From Paramoeba atlantica (lineage: Eukaryota > Protista > Discosea), in contig CDRNVI010000211.1 of NCBI GenBank assembly GCA_977017575.1, forward strand, positions 1 through 57,072: a stretch of DNA of 57,072 bases, given 5' to 3'. This document shows, in pieces, positions 23,529-34,687 of this stretch. The position numbers and the translations under genes were made by a program. The notes under the pieces were generated by a model that ran no database searches, was not told the origin of the DNA, and worked only from the letters and a program-made list of their open reading frames with translations. How positions within the stretch are numbered: the stretch's first letter is position 1; the number at the start of each line of letters is the position of its first letter.

Positions 23529-24808
23529 TAGATAAGGTAGCGCGGGATGAGCATTTCGTGAATCTACACGAACATGCCCAGATAAGGGACTATATTGTAT
23601 GAGGGGCTGCGGGTCACGTTAACCGCGTGTCGTGTGTGACATTATACTGACGAAGAGAAGCTGATAGAGAAAGCTAAAAAGTCTACAGTATTAAGTAACT
23701 TAAAGTTAGAACTAGGTGACCTTCCAAACAGAATAAAAGAAATCAAATCGGTCCCACTACTCGAACTTTCTTCAGCTTCAATTTTGTGCATATTAAAGTG
23801 GGGGTCACACTACACAAACTTTCTTCAGCCTCCATTTTATGCGTATCAAAAGAGCGTAAGGGGGGGATGCGTATTAAAGAGGGGGTCACAGTACTCTGTT
23901 TTTTAAATTATAACAAGGGAAAATTTTATTTCCTTCTCGGAAATTGATTTTTCAATTGGCTCTATTTTCTGCTTTCGCGACTGGTTTGTTCGAATATGAC
24001 CTTCCTCCGAGCAACGATGAAGATGTGAGTGACGGTCCTGATTCCGAGAGGTATTAACCTCGAGGAAGTGGCTTACTCTACACAAGAAACGTTCCGCATT
24101 CCATTGATAAAGGTTGGAAACCTCAATGAAGTGGTATGAGTAGCGCCGGAAAGAAGAAAAAACCTAGCGAATGGAAGATAACTGAGTTAGTTTGCACGCT
24201 GCGGCTGTGTCAACTCTCTGATCCAGAAAAAAAACGTTCTCTAATTCTGGTGCAACAATCGACACAAAATGAATTAAAGTTCTGGGCTAACACCAAAGAA
24301 GTAATACGCGTAAATACGTTCCTTCTTTGGCCTCTTGTGGAACGCTGAGTGTATGCACTGGCAGGTGGATCGCCTACAATATTGCAGGGACTCTACTGAA
24401 GAGTTGAGTGTAGGCGATCCACGAGTTCTTGGGTTCAGGTCTCGTGGGATGTGCTACTTTGAATTTTACAAAGACAATCGTGAGGATCAAGAAGCCATAC
24501 AGCAATATCGAGATCATGTTAAAAAATCCATTCGTCCGATGTTAGATTGGGGAAATATCCTGCACATGGAAAAAGAGTTACATACGAACGCTTAACGTCA
24601 ACTAAAGTTGAAAAACGAGAAATGAAAAGCTGCCCGGCCTAATGATCATCGAATAAAACAGAATCTTAGCAGAAAGCGAAATCGTAAGGAACTACTTAAA
24701 AAACAATGAGGCGCCCCGGAATTGGCCCGAATTTGACTGAATTTTCTTTAATCGGTTTCGATCCCCTACTTCAACCACTAGTAACATTTCTCCAACAAAA
24801 TTACAACG

Positions 24809-25543
24809 CTATGTAGCGCAACGTACAATCTTCGTGCTCCGAATTCGCAGAGCTGAACATAGCTTTTCGGGAAGAACAGATTTTTTAACCTCACCACTAA
24901 GATTCACGTTACATGACAAATCCAGCTCATCCAATGAAGCCGGCAGGCTACTTAGGTCAACATTTCCTGAAAAATTATTATTTTCCAGTCGGAGCATAAT
25001 CACATTAGGTAATTCGTTCAAGTAAAGTTCTCCGGACAGCATGTTTCTGCCAAGGCATAAATTGAGAAGCCCCGAGGGCAATCTGGTTAAGCACACTTCA
25101 CCCGTAAATCGGTTACCAGAAAGAATCAGCGTGGTCAAATTCAAAGGGAGAGCTGCCAAGTCCAATGTTCCACTCAGCTCATTGTCCCGAAGACTCAAAC
25201 GGTGCAAACTGGAAGACAAAGTGCCTAGCGGAACATCACCGGAAAGTTCGTTTACATATGCATAAAAGGTGTGCATGGTTTCTGGGAGATAACGAAAGCT
25301 TAACGAACCCTTCAGTTTACTCATCGGCCACTTTATGGACATAATCTCGCCCTCTTTGTTACAATCCACACCGTACCACTCACAGGCAGGGGTAGATGTG
25401 TTCCACGAAGAAAAGGAATTCTCAACATTGCGAACAAGTCGTGCAAGTTGGTACTCATGGGGGAGGTTCGTGTTACTCACTTTTGCGGCACGTCTCACCA
25501 CGCGTGATTCTGTAACATCCGCAGCGGGAAGGGTGTAAAGCAT
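24809..25543 (-). CDS. LRR protein subfamily C, copy C1 (244 aa)
   Basis: AADVTE, LPHEYQLARLV, cap WNTSTPACEWYGVDC and ~7 LRRs. Confidence 0.9.
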   Translation of the reverse strand: MLYTLPAADVTESRVVRRAAKVSNTNLPHEYQLARLVRNVENSFSSWNTSTPACEWYGVDCNKEGEIMSIKWPMSKLKGSLSFRYLPETMHTFYAYVNELSGDVPLGTLSSSLHRLSLRDNELSGTLDLAALPLNLTTLILSGNRFTGEVCLTRLPSGLLNLCLGRNMLSGELYLNELPNVIMLRLENNNFSGNVDLSSLPASLDELDLSCNVNLSGEVKKSVLPEKLCSALRIRSTKIVRCAT

Positions 25544-26589
25544 GAAACTGAACGTCGTACGGAAAAGTTTGCAAAAATGGTACTAGAATGCGGTTTTACT
25601 CCACTTCCAGTATTGGTCCCGAATTCGAGGCTAGGTCACGACCTCTACCCATACACGTGTATTCGGTATTATGTGCTGATGTACAATAAATAATTTATTG
25701 TATTGTACATTAGCACAATTTAAAATTGTGTTAATGTACAATACATCGTGTAATACATCCCACGGCTTACTGCGTCCCACGGCTTACTGCGCTTCCTTTG
25801 ATGAAGTGGAACTCGTCACCATTGCACCAAGGAAGAGAAAAATGTTTAGTTGTGCTTAATGATGCTTAATTTACTCGGAGCTAAGTCCAGGGTATGTCAT
25901 GTACGCAAATAATGCGTTTCTGGTACGAAGTATGCCGAGTAGAAAGTGTGCGCCCCTGTCGGCGAAGGGATTTAGGCGTAAACAAATAGTTTGTTACACT
26001 TGTAGACTGAATCTCTCTTAATATCAACAATTATACAGCATAAATTATGAATTTTCGTAATATTTCGAATAATCTGCACAATTTTGACCCTACTTTTTCC
26101 TTAAAAATTTCTCATATATGTTTTTTATGAGACTTTTTATAGCGCAAAACAGCTTAGAATTTCGAGATCTGTTGATTGGTGACCCCCCTGTATATAGTAC
26201 TTTAAAATTAAAAGTTTATAGTACTATAAAAGTACTATAATAAAGTTTTTAAAGTTTTAGGGATCCCTGGAAAAAAAATACTAGTAAATTTTGGGAAACG
26301 ATTCATGCAACTGCAGCACTCATTTTTTGGGCTAGTTGTAGGCGGAGGAATGGATAATGTCAAGCACCAGCACATAGTTGTAAGCGTTATGTACGCCGGA
26401 GAAATTTGTTTGCTACTTGTGTATCATAAGCCAAAGTAGAGAAGCCGAAATGTATGCACACCTTAGGGTGCACAGCATAATCATAATGACTCAGAGGAGG
26501 TTCGCGGCGCCAGAGTCCGCATCTCAACTCTATATGCGCTTAAACGGGGGGATCTGACCGGATGCTCTTAAGGGGGGGGACAGTAAAAT

Positions 26590-27079
26590 AAATTCCGTGA
26601 CACAGGAATTTCCGTTTTTCCCTGGCCTGCAAAATCTCCAGACCTGAATCCGATCGAAAATTTGTGGTCTGTGATGGACACAGACAAAAATCTTCTTCGA
26701 CCCCGAAATCGACAGCAACTGGAAGCCGCTATTGAGGGGTCTTTCCATAAATTGAAACAGACCCACTCTACAACGGTTCAGAAAACGTTGAAGAGTTTCA
26801 GGAAGCGTTGTGAAATTGTTATTAGTCGGAACGGGGGGCACTGTGGTTACTAATTGTCTTTTGCAATCCAAATTATATTATTAGAAATTATTGACACCGC
26901 TAAAATATTGCAATATGTGTTTTTGGCCCTTACGTGAAAGGGGAGTACCCCCCAAACCCCGGAAGCTACCTATCCTAAAACATGCAACTCTGTGAGAGCT
27001 ATCCAATGCGCTATTATTTTCCAAAATTGGATAACGTTTACGAAATTTAGACCCCCCCACCTTTAGATTCGCACCCCTG
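26590..27079 (+). mobile_element. Tc1 3' fragment with right terminus
   Basis: WPAKSPDLNPIENLW...RCEIVISRNGGHCGY stop, then the shared subterminal box and cacccctg-TA. Confidence 0.85.
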
Positions 27080-27194
27080 TATAAGGCGGAAATACAGAGT
27101 TCGCGGAAACTTTTTTATAGTAAAAAAAAGTCTATTTCAGTGGATGAAAGTTACTTTTTAAAGTACTTTTTTACTTTTTTTACTATAAAACTTT

Positions 27195-27400
27195 CAATTT
27201 TTTCTTCTGAAAACGTCTTAAAACGCCTATTTGGGTTACCCCCGAGGCCCCCGGAACGCAGTCATCCACTCCCTACGTCCAATACGCCTCCAGCAGGACT
27301 CCCGAGCCAAATATCTCTTACTGGGAGTCAGCCCCAAAATGGTCCAAGTATCTCTTACTGGGGGGCTATCTTACAGGAGGGGGTATACGGTAGTCTTGAA
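27195..27400. repeat. Dispersed module homologous to 44745-44925
   Basis: ctgaaaacgt.ttaaaacgc...ttgggttacccc.gagg...ctccc.agccaaat.tctcttac...tctcttactgggggg is shared by both copies. Confidence 0.8.
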
Positions 27401-27675
27401 AAGAGTATCGTGTATTGTATAGAGGCCTAATAAGAAACTGTAATGAATACAGACGAATCAAAATCACGATGAAAAAAATTTCTGCGATTCTAAAGTATAC
27501 GAAGAAAAAAGGTTTTTGAAAGTTTGTAGAAAAAAATAAAGTAACTTTAAAGTACTTTCTTGAAAGTTTTAAAGTTTCGGCGAACCCTGCGGAAATATAA
27601 AAAATAAGTGAAATATGAATAAATAAGTGAAATGTGAATGAATAATCATACCCCGGATTACAAAGATATTCATCA

Positions 27676-29147
27676 CTATAAATTTTCATATTGCTCTTCC
27701 ACAATCACAATATGAGCCCTTTCAAACGTAATATTTCTACCTTCCTGTGCTTTGTGACTGACATATCCATGTAGCTTTGGGTTATCGCTTAAATCTAATA
27801 ATAGCGTATCGGGTAACGTATCGAGTTGGATATTCCCTTCCAAGCAGTTATGGTTTAGTAAAAGCTTTCCTAAATATTCAGGGAGAGAAGTAAAGCCAGA
27901 CACACCGGTAAGGCAATTGTGGTCAAGTTTTAGAGTTTGAAGCCCGGCCGGCATATCTTGCAAATTCAGCGCGCCTGAAAATTTATTATGGCTAGCGATA
28001 AATTCAGAGCAAGGCTCGGGGAGGTCGTTGAGGTGAAGATTGCCCGTAAATTGATTGCGTTTGATTCGTAAAATCTCAAGTGAAGGTGGAAGTGCATCTA
28101 ATTTAAAGGAACCCAGAAATTCATTATCACTGATGTCCAGCTCAATTAACCCTTCCAGTAATTCACTGAGATCTGGTGATCCAGATAGCTTGTTGCGGTA
28201 CAAAAAGAGATGGGTAAGAGAATCAGGTAGGAAGCGAAGATCGATCTCTCCCGTGAGCCCGTTACGCGAAAGGGTAAGTTCTTCAAGTGTATCGGGTAAG
28301 TGCCGTAAGTCTAACGTTCCGGTCAACGCATTTTTGGAAAGATTCAAATCGGTCAGCCCGGTTGGTAACTTATCTAGACTCGACACGCCCGTAAACTTGT
28401 TGCCCGACACGATAAATGAGGTAAGGTTCTCAGGAAGGGAATCCAACTGTAGAGAACCACAAAAACAATTTTGAGAAAGGTTTACATCCTCGAGTAATGA
28501 TGGCAGACCTTGCAAATCAAGTGTACCCGTCAGTTCGTTATCTTGCACACTCAGGTGTTTAAGCGTTCGGGGCAAATTACTCAGGTGTAACTCACCTGAA
28601 AACTTGTTTTGTTCAGCATTGAAAGTTTCCATCTGAACTGGCAGGGCACCAAGATCCATGTCCTCTTCAGACTGAATCGTGCCTGAGAAAAATTTACTGC
28701 GCCAGTAAAGCCGTTGAAACTGAGATTAAGGTACGTGAGATTCGTCGGCAAATTGTCTAAACAAACGGATCCAGAAAAATCTCTCTCCGATACGGATATT
28801 CGCAAAACCGTCTTGGGAAGATGTTCTAAATGCAATGCGCCATAAAATGGCCCGTATGTCTCAAGTTCTGAATCCCCGCCCCACAGAAGTTCCGTGACCT
28901 CTCCATGTTCATTACACACTACTCCAGCCCAATTGCACGCAGCTGTCGATGTCGTCCAGGATGGGTCAGGATGCAATACATCCGCAATGACTCGTTCCAG
29001 CTCATATTCTTGCGGTAAAACAGCCCCGCGTAATTTCCCGGGGCGAGTAGATGGATAAGGTGCCGTCTTATGTGGGACCTCTTGATGCAGTTTCCGCCTT
29101 TTAACAGGGGGTGACTGTTCATCACGCGTCTCGGTAACGCGATTCAT
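27676..29147 (-). pseudogene. LRR subfamily B, frameshifted by an internal deletion
   Basis: Colinear with 53691-55283 but lacks about 121 nt (equivalent to 54705-54825), giving overlapping ORFs 28581-29147 and 27676-28659. Confidence 0.88.
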
Positions 29148-29216
29148 GTGCTAAATCTAAGGAATATCTGGTCTCTAAAGATAGTAAGGAAGTAAAAGAA
29201 GCGTTATTACTGTGCT

Positions 29217-29570
29217 ATTGCGGTGGTTGTAAAACTACCGCTCTACCCTTGATTATTGAAAAAAAATTGAACACAAACAGTGAAAATATAAAGAGGAACA
29301 CAGTAATATAATAGAACAAATTATAAACGGGGACTCCGGTGGTCCAAAATTGAAAAAGAATTTCTTCGGGGTCTAAGGGGGCGTCTTGGGGGGGGCATAC
29401 CGCACGATTAGTTTTTTTGAAAATATTACTTTTCGAAACAAACCCGCACAAGGGGTAGCCGGGGTCATGGCGCGCATTTTCCACCCCTCTACCCGGGGGT
29501 GACTCCCCCGCGTATCCGCAGGACGGTTCCGCCAAGTTCGGATTTTTTCGGAAAAAACAATTTGAAGCAT
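29217..29570 (-). mobile_element. Composite element T, terminal ~350 bp
   Basis: The reverse complement matches 38470-38798 and 56340-56705. Confidence 0.8.
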
Positions 29571-30409
29571 GGACAAAGAAAGTCGTAAGCATTGTACAAA
29601 AACACTTCACTGAAGCCTGACACACTCAGCATGGGAAGAGATTGTGTATGCAAGGAGAGATTGTACATGGCCAAGGATTTGCTGTTGCATACTATGGACT
29701 TCTATGCCACTGCGAACTTGTTGGTCTTCAGAGATCAGTAGACGTTGGTGCAGCGGATGGTTTGTTAAAAATCCGTGGAGGAAAAAGTCGCGAGCACTAC
29801 GTTGTTGACATTGTTCAGACACCAGAAGTGCGTCATTTACTGATGTAATTGAAATCATCATCGACAACCCCTAACTTACTCCCTAATTGGAATAAAGTAA
29901 AGACCAATCGCTTGATAGCGACCGTGGCCGTCCGATCGGGACGGAATGACCATCAAACATGGTCCTTTCACTATCTGCGCCACCACTGCGCTGGGCAACT
30001 GACGCGACAAGGAGTCGACCTCAACTCTTCGACGCGGGAGCTGGATGTCAGGAATCACAGCCACACGGTATTCTATGGAATGATACACGAGTAGTGAACA
30101 TCATGAATATGCATACACATGTAAATGCGTATACATACTTCAATTGTTTTGGTGAAGGTTTAATTTTTATCGCATTACAGATTATTTACTGTACCCCTCC
30201 TACTTAAGAGAACTTCCTAAGAGTCCGCCGATTTTGGGCATTTGCACTTTTAAGTGGGGATTCAGAATTTTCCGGACTCCTAAGAGGGGGGTCGGCATTT
30301 CTTTATATATTTTCATTTCACGACCTACGTAAGCACGCTAGATACCGGTTCCAAGCCCGGGTCGCTTCGTTAATACCCAGTATCATTGGAGGGAAGTGTG
30401 AGGAAGATA

Positions 30410-31760
30410 CAGGGGTGGGCACGAAAATGTGGGGGAGGGGTCAAAATTTCTATAACTTGGCCAATTTTAGAAAATAGTAACGCATTCGAGAGCTCTCGCA
30501 GAGTTACGTGTCACGTGATAATGCGTCTCCCGCGCTTTTAATTTTATTAAAATTTTAAAAAAAATCTTGATTTTTCAAAGTGCAAAATTCTGCAGTTAGG
30601 CCACTTTTTCGTTTTTTTCCTCTTCTTTCTGCCCTCATTTTTGTTCTATGACCCAGAAAAGAGCATTTTCAAACAACATGAAGGTACAGAAACGTGACAG
30701 GGGCTGTTACAGTCCTTGTGGACAAATAAAGGCCTCGCATAGGATCCTCCTCGTGAAGAAATACGAGGAAAATGGCTCTTTTTCCGCCGCCGCACGCGAA
30801 GCAGGTTGTCACGAGAACACTGCGAAGCGTTTTTTTATATTCAGCGATACGAGGAGACAGGGGACGTGGATAGGTCTCCTTACAAAGAGCGTCAATCAGT
30901 TGTCATGACTCCCGAGCTAATGACCCGGGCTATAACCCTCATGGATGAAGGTACACGAGATTTGCCTTACGGAATTCCGTCATGGCCGAGCCTCGTGTCA
31001 ACCCTTCAGTCCGAAGGGTTTCATTGTTCCCGGCGCTCTATCACGCGCACTTTAAAGCGTGAAGGCATCATTTGGCGCACTGTCCCCCGTCATCCAGCTC
31101 TTGCGGCTGCGCACAAGCAGAAACGAGTTGAGCTGTGACGCGAGCTGTCGGAGTGGACCCCTCGTGATCTCGAGTCCACAATTTGGACGGACGAGAAGAA
31201 GTTTACTTGCGGGGGGCGACAAAGATTACCTACCTTTGCCGCAAAGCGGATCCCCCCAAAGTACACCGAGGAGAACAGGAAAAGTGGCGTGGCGGTGATG
31301 GCATTATGGCGTGGATGGGGGTGAGTATAAAATACGGTTTTTTTCCACGAAAAAACAAAGATGATGATGGAAATAAAATTTCAGTAAACGGAGCTGCATT
31401 TAAAGACGCTATGCTAAAAAAAACGGATTTTTTAGTTTTTTGAAGAGACATTCAGGCGCCGTTATGGTGATGGATATTGTCCTATCCACAATACTGCACG
31501 TCGTCATTTTGATGAAAATAGTGTCACAATGCTGGCTCCCCAAGTCCCCTGATCTTAACCCCAACGAAAATATTTGGGGACAAATTGAATCACACACAAA
31601 TACTAAATGTCCTAAAAATAGGGGGAATTGCGTTATGCAATACATTCAGGTATCGAATTATTGAAAGGAGAACATGATGTGTTTTCATGTACTTTACAGA
31701 GCATGCCTAGACGAATTAAGAATGTTCTTGAAAAATGAGGTCGTTGCCCCACTGGCCAGG
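30410..31760 (+). mobile_element. Decayed Tc1 element (left terminus plus transposase relic)
   Basis: TA-CAGGGGTGGGC terminus with the shared box. HTH (FSAAAREAGCHENTAKRF), CSRRSITRTLKREG, WTDEKKF, GIMAWMGVS and WLPKSPDLNPNENIW, with many frameshifts. Confidence 0.85.
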
Positions 31761-32449
31761 ATACCTGTCCAGTAAGTTCAGCGACCCATTGTCTCGGCGC
31801 ATGAAACGAGCCAATGCTTGCCTGGTACCGTGACTGCATACACAATGTTTAAATTAAAAAAAGGGGGGATCAGAGAGAGGCTCTAGTACTCGCAGGAAAA
31901 ATAAATAAATTAAAGGTGATTAAAGGAACCACAACTAGGAGGTAAAGATGCTGTGTTATTAAATTTGTAGCGTTTTTCTTAATGGCTTGTGTTGCGCATG
32001 GATGTTGCACATGTATCTATACAAAGAGATGCAATACTTTATTCGATTTCGTAGACCTGCCTTTTAAAGTTTCTTGGTCTGTTGTTTCTCTAATGATACG
32101 CTCGCAGCGACGGACACCGGCACAAGATGTCGAATCTAATCCTCCTGATAGTCAAGAAAATGAGGATCGGTTACCGACACTGTGTGGAAGCCGAATCAAT
32201 CTGAAAAACATGCTGCAATTCCAGAGGAAATTGGAATTAAAAAAGGTTGCTAGTTATACGAGTGAGATGCCCGAAGATCCTTGCGGGCTCGCGGGGATGA
32301 AATTCACCGACATAGCTTACCAGGATGAAGGCTTGGAAAACAAAGCTATAATAACTCGAAAGATCCTCAGCGTCAGATCTTCGGGGGATGTGACGTTCTT
32401 GGAAGAGTCCTTAACAGAGAGCAACAATAACAGAGAACAACAGGATACC

Positions 32450-33720
32450 CAGTCAAACTTCGTCAAACGTGTAGATTTCTTGAATGAAGGTCTCCCATGA
32501 TTGGTGGCTAAGAGCAGTATGTTAACGGAAGCCTTCCTTTCGTTCGTACGATCATGTCAAGAAATACGCCCAACTCATACGCGTCACAATAATCGAGCTA
32601 AATTACACTTTGGAATACCTGTCGGCTATACGCTACTGTGGGAAATGGTGTGCCAAAGCGCGGCAAGATCCTGAACTTTTCGAAGCGGACACAAGATACG
32701 ATTCGTTCAAAAAATCAAGGAAAATGCAAAGCGAAGCAAATGCCCCAATTCTACGCCCTTGTATCCATCATTCGTACCTTGGTTAAAAGCTTTGAACCTT
32801 ACTCTTCGGAAAGCACGTAGCACTCCTGAGCAAAATTATCCAAGCGAATATTTGGACAGAAAAATGTTGCTTCAGTTAGTTTACCACGTCCGTTGCAAGG
32901 CGGGAAAGAAAGCTCCTGCTGTCTTTAATATCCAGTAGAAATATATTACTCCTCCCACCATTAGGTACATTTCTTGGGTTCGATTTTCGATGGGAAGAAA
33001 AATTTCTTCTTTGGAAGCATGCTGCTCAGAACATAGAAAATTGGGACAAAATACAGATTTTGAATTGCCACAAAGTGCGCGATATTCTACACGTGACAGG
33101 TATAATCATGTGGGACACCCACTTGAGAAACGTGCCTTTCGCGAAAGGCCTTTGCTCGAAGGGCGAGTGTTTAATAATGAGACCGAGATGTTGCTTCTGA
33201 AGGACGCCATGATCCGGATATTGCAGAATTATGAAAGTGTGCGGAAGCAACCCAGACTGGTATCGAGTTATGCGATTGCCTTTTCGGACGCTCGCTATCT
33301 CGTACGGGATACGGTGTATATGATACGTGTGGATGCGTTTTGATTGAAAGGTCTATTCCCGTGCACGGAAACTCGGATATTTACACGTTGGAATCTCGGT
33401 CCGCGAAAGCAGCTCTTCCAGAAGGCTGGAAACTGGCTCCGCACGTGCTTTTAGGCTGTGACAACATGGACGCAGTGCACTCTCTGCAAAGAAAAACTTC
33501 GAGCAGAAAAGAAATTTGTGATGAATTGTTGGAAATTGAAAAACAGAGCTGCGAAAATAATTTAAGCAGTCAAGTATTTTATATTCCTACTACTAACACT
33601 CACAGTATAACCGGTGTCGCTTACAATTTACTAAGTGAATCCGGCGTTACATACGGTATATGGGTAAATCCCTGGAAAACATATGCAAGGGTGACAAGCG
33701 CAGAGCTGCTTTGCTAGCTG
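32450..33720 (+). pseudogene. Possible RT/RNase H relic of a tyrosine-recombinase (DIRS/VIPER/TATE-like) retroelement
   Basis: HFGIPVGY and GTFLGFDF are RT-like. IYTLE..SAKAAL, HVLLGCDNMDAVHSL and FYIP..N..LLS resemble the DIRS-type RNase H pattern. Heavily degraded. Confidence 0.45.
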
Positions 33721-34461
33721 CTGTTTCATTGACAGGTTCTATATCAGACCCATTCATTATATGGAATGGTGTAGAAACCCATAGTGGTGCACATGTTCGT
33801 CTGCTTCTAGCTCCGTACAGGATCAAACTTCCAATCACGACAGTTCTACTGGGGTACTACTTGAGCTTATCCATTGCATTTTGCACCCCTATTACGTTCC
33901 AGTGCGTGATAAAAAGAAGTTTGTAATGAAATTGCCTTTGATATTTTTCATCGACTGTTGCAGTGTTCGCATTAGCTCGAGTACTCAAGAGCAGATTAAT
34001 GATGATTGTCGAGAAGGTGCTGCATTTGATTAAGAACAGTATGTGTTTCTGCGAGATGCACTGGAAAATTTCAGCCTTGTGATGTTGGTGTTCGTGATCG
34101 ACTCAAACAAAGGTTACGTTATGAGCGCTCAAGTATTGCTGTTCAGAAAATTCTCCTAAGTATTGCCGTTCAGAAAAATCAAAGGGACAACATATCGGAA
34201 CATCAAAAACGCTCGGGAACAAGATATCCAAGGAGCAACTCCTTGAGTCCATCACACTCTCGTGCAACTATACGATAAGCCCCAAGCAATGTGGCGCTAC
34301 TGTAAGCGCCTGGGAAATCCATGTACCTATCCACAGTATGGAAAACTCCAATTTCATGCGCACAACACCACGCACGACCATTCGCTTGAAAAAAGAAAAA
34401 ATGCGAGTTTCGTTTGTTTGTTTTTTTGAAACGTGACAAATGACTATGGGGGGCTAACATG

Positions 34462-34536
34462 TGACAGATAACTAGGGGGGGGGGGCAGTATAATTATAAA
34501 TCATAATACTGTACCCCCCCTACTTATCTGTCACTA
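34462..34536. repeat. Small hairpin built from TIR motif GTAGGGGGGGTACAGTA
   Basis: gacagataactagggggggggggcagtat ... atactgtaccccccctacttatctgtc. Single arms also occur at 19395 and 30187. Confidence 0.7.
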
Positions 34537-34687
34537 CTTTTCGCGAAAAGGTGACAGATAAGTGTTTTGTAGAAATTAAACACTAAGGAGGGGAGAGGAA
34601 AGATCAATGAAAAAGACGTGAAAAACAGATAAAAAATGAACGGAAAAAGAAAACGGCGCCGCTTCACTGACCCCGAACGACAATTCA

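Noticed and set aside
23900-24600. Protein-like ORFs 24136-24348 and 24335-24595
   Set aside because: They may be a decayed gene, but I recognise no motif. A database search is needed.
29600-30100. Possible RNase H end (EVDSLSR) on the minus strand
   Set aside because: A single short motif among many stops; insufficient support.
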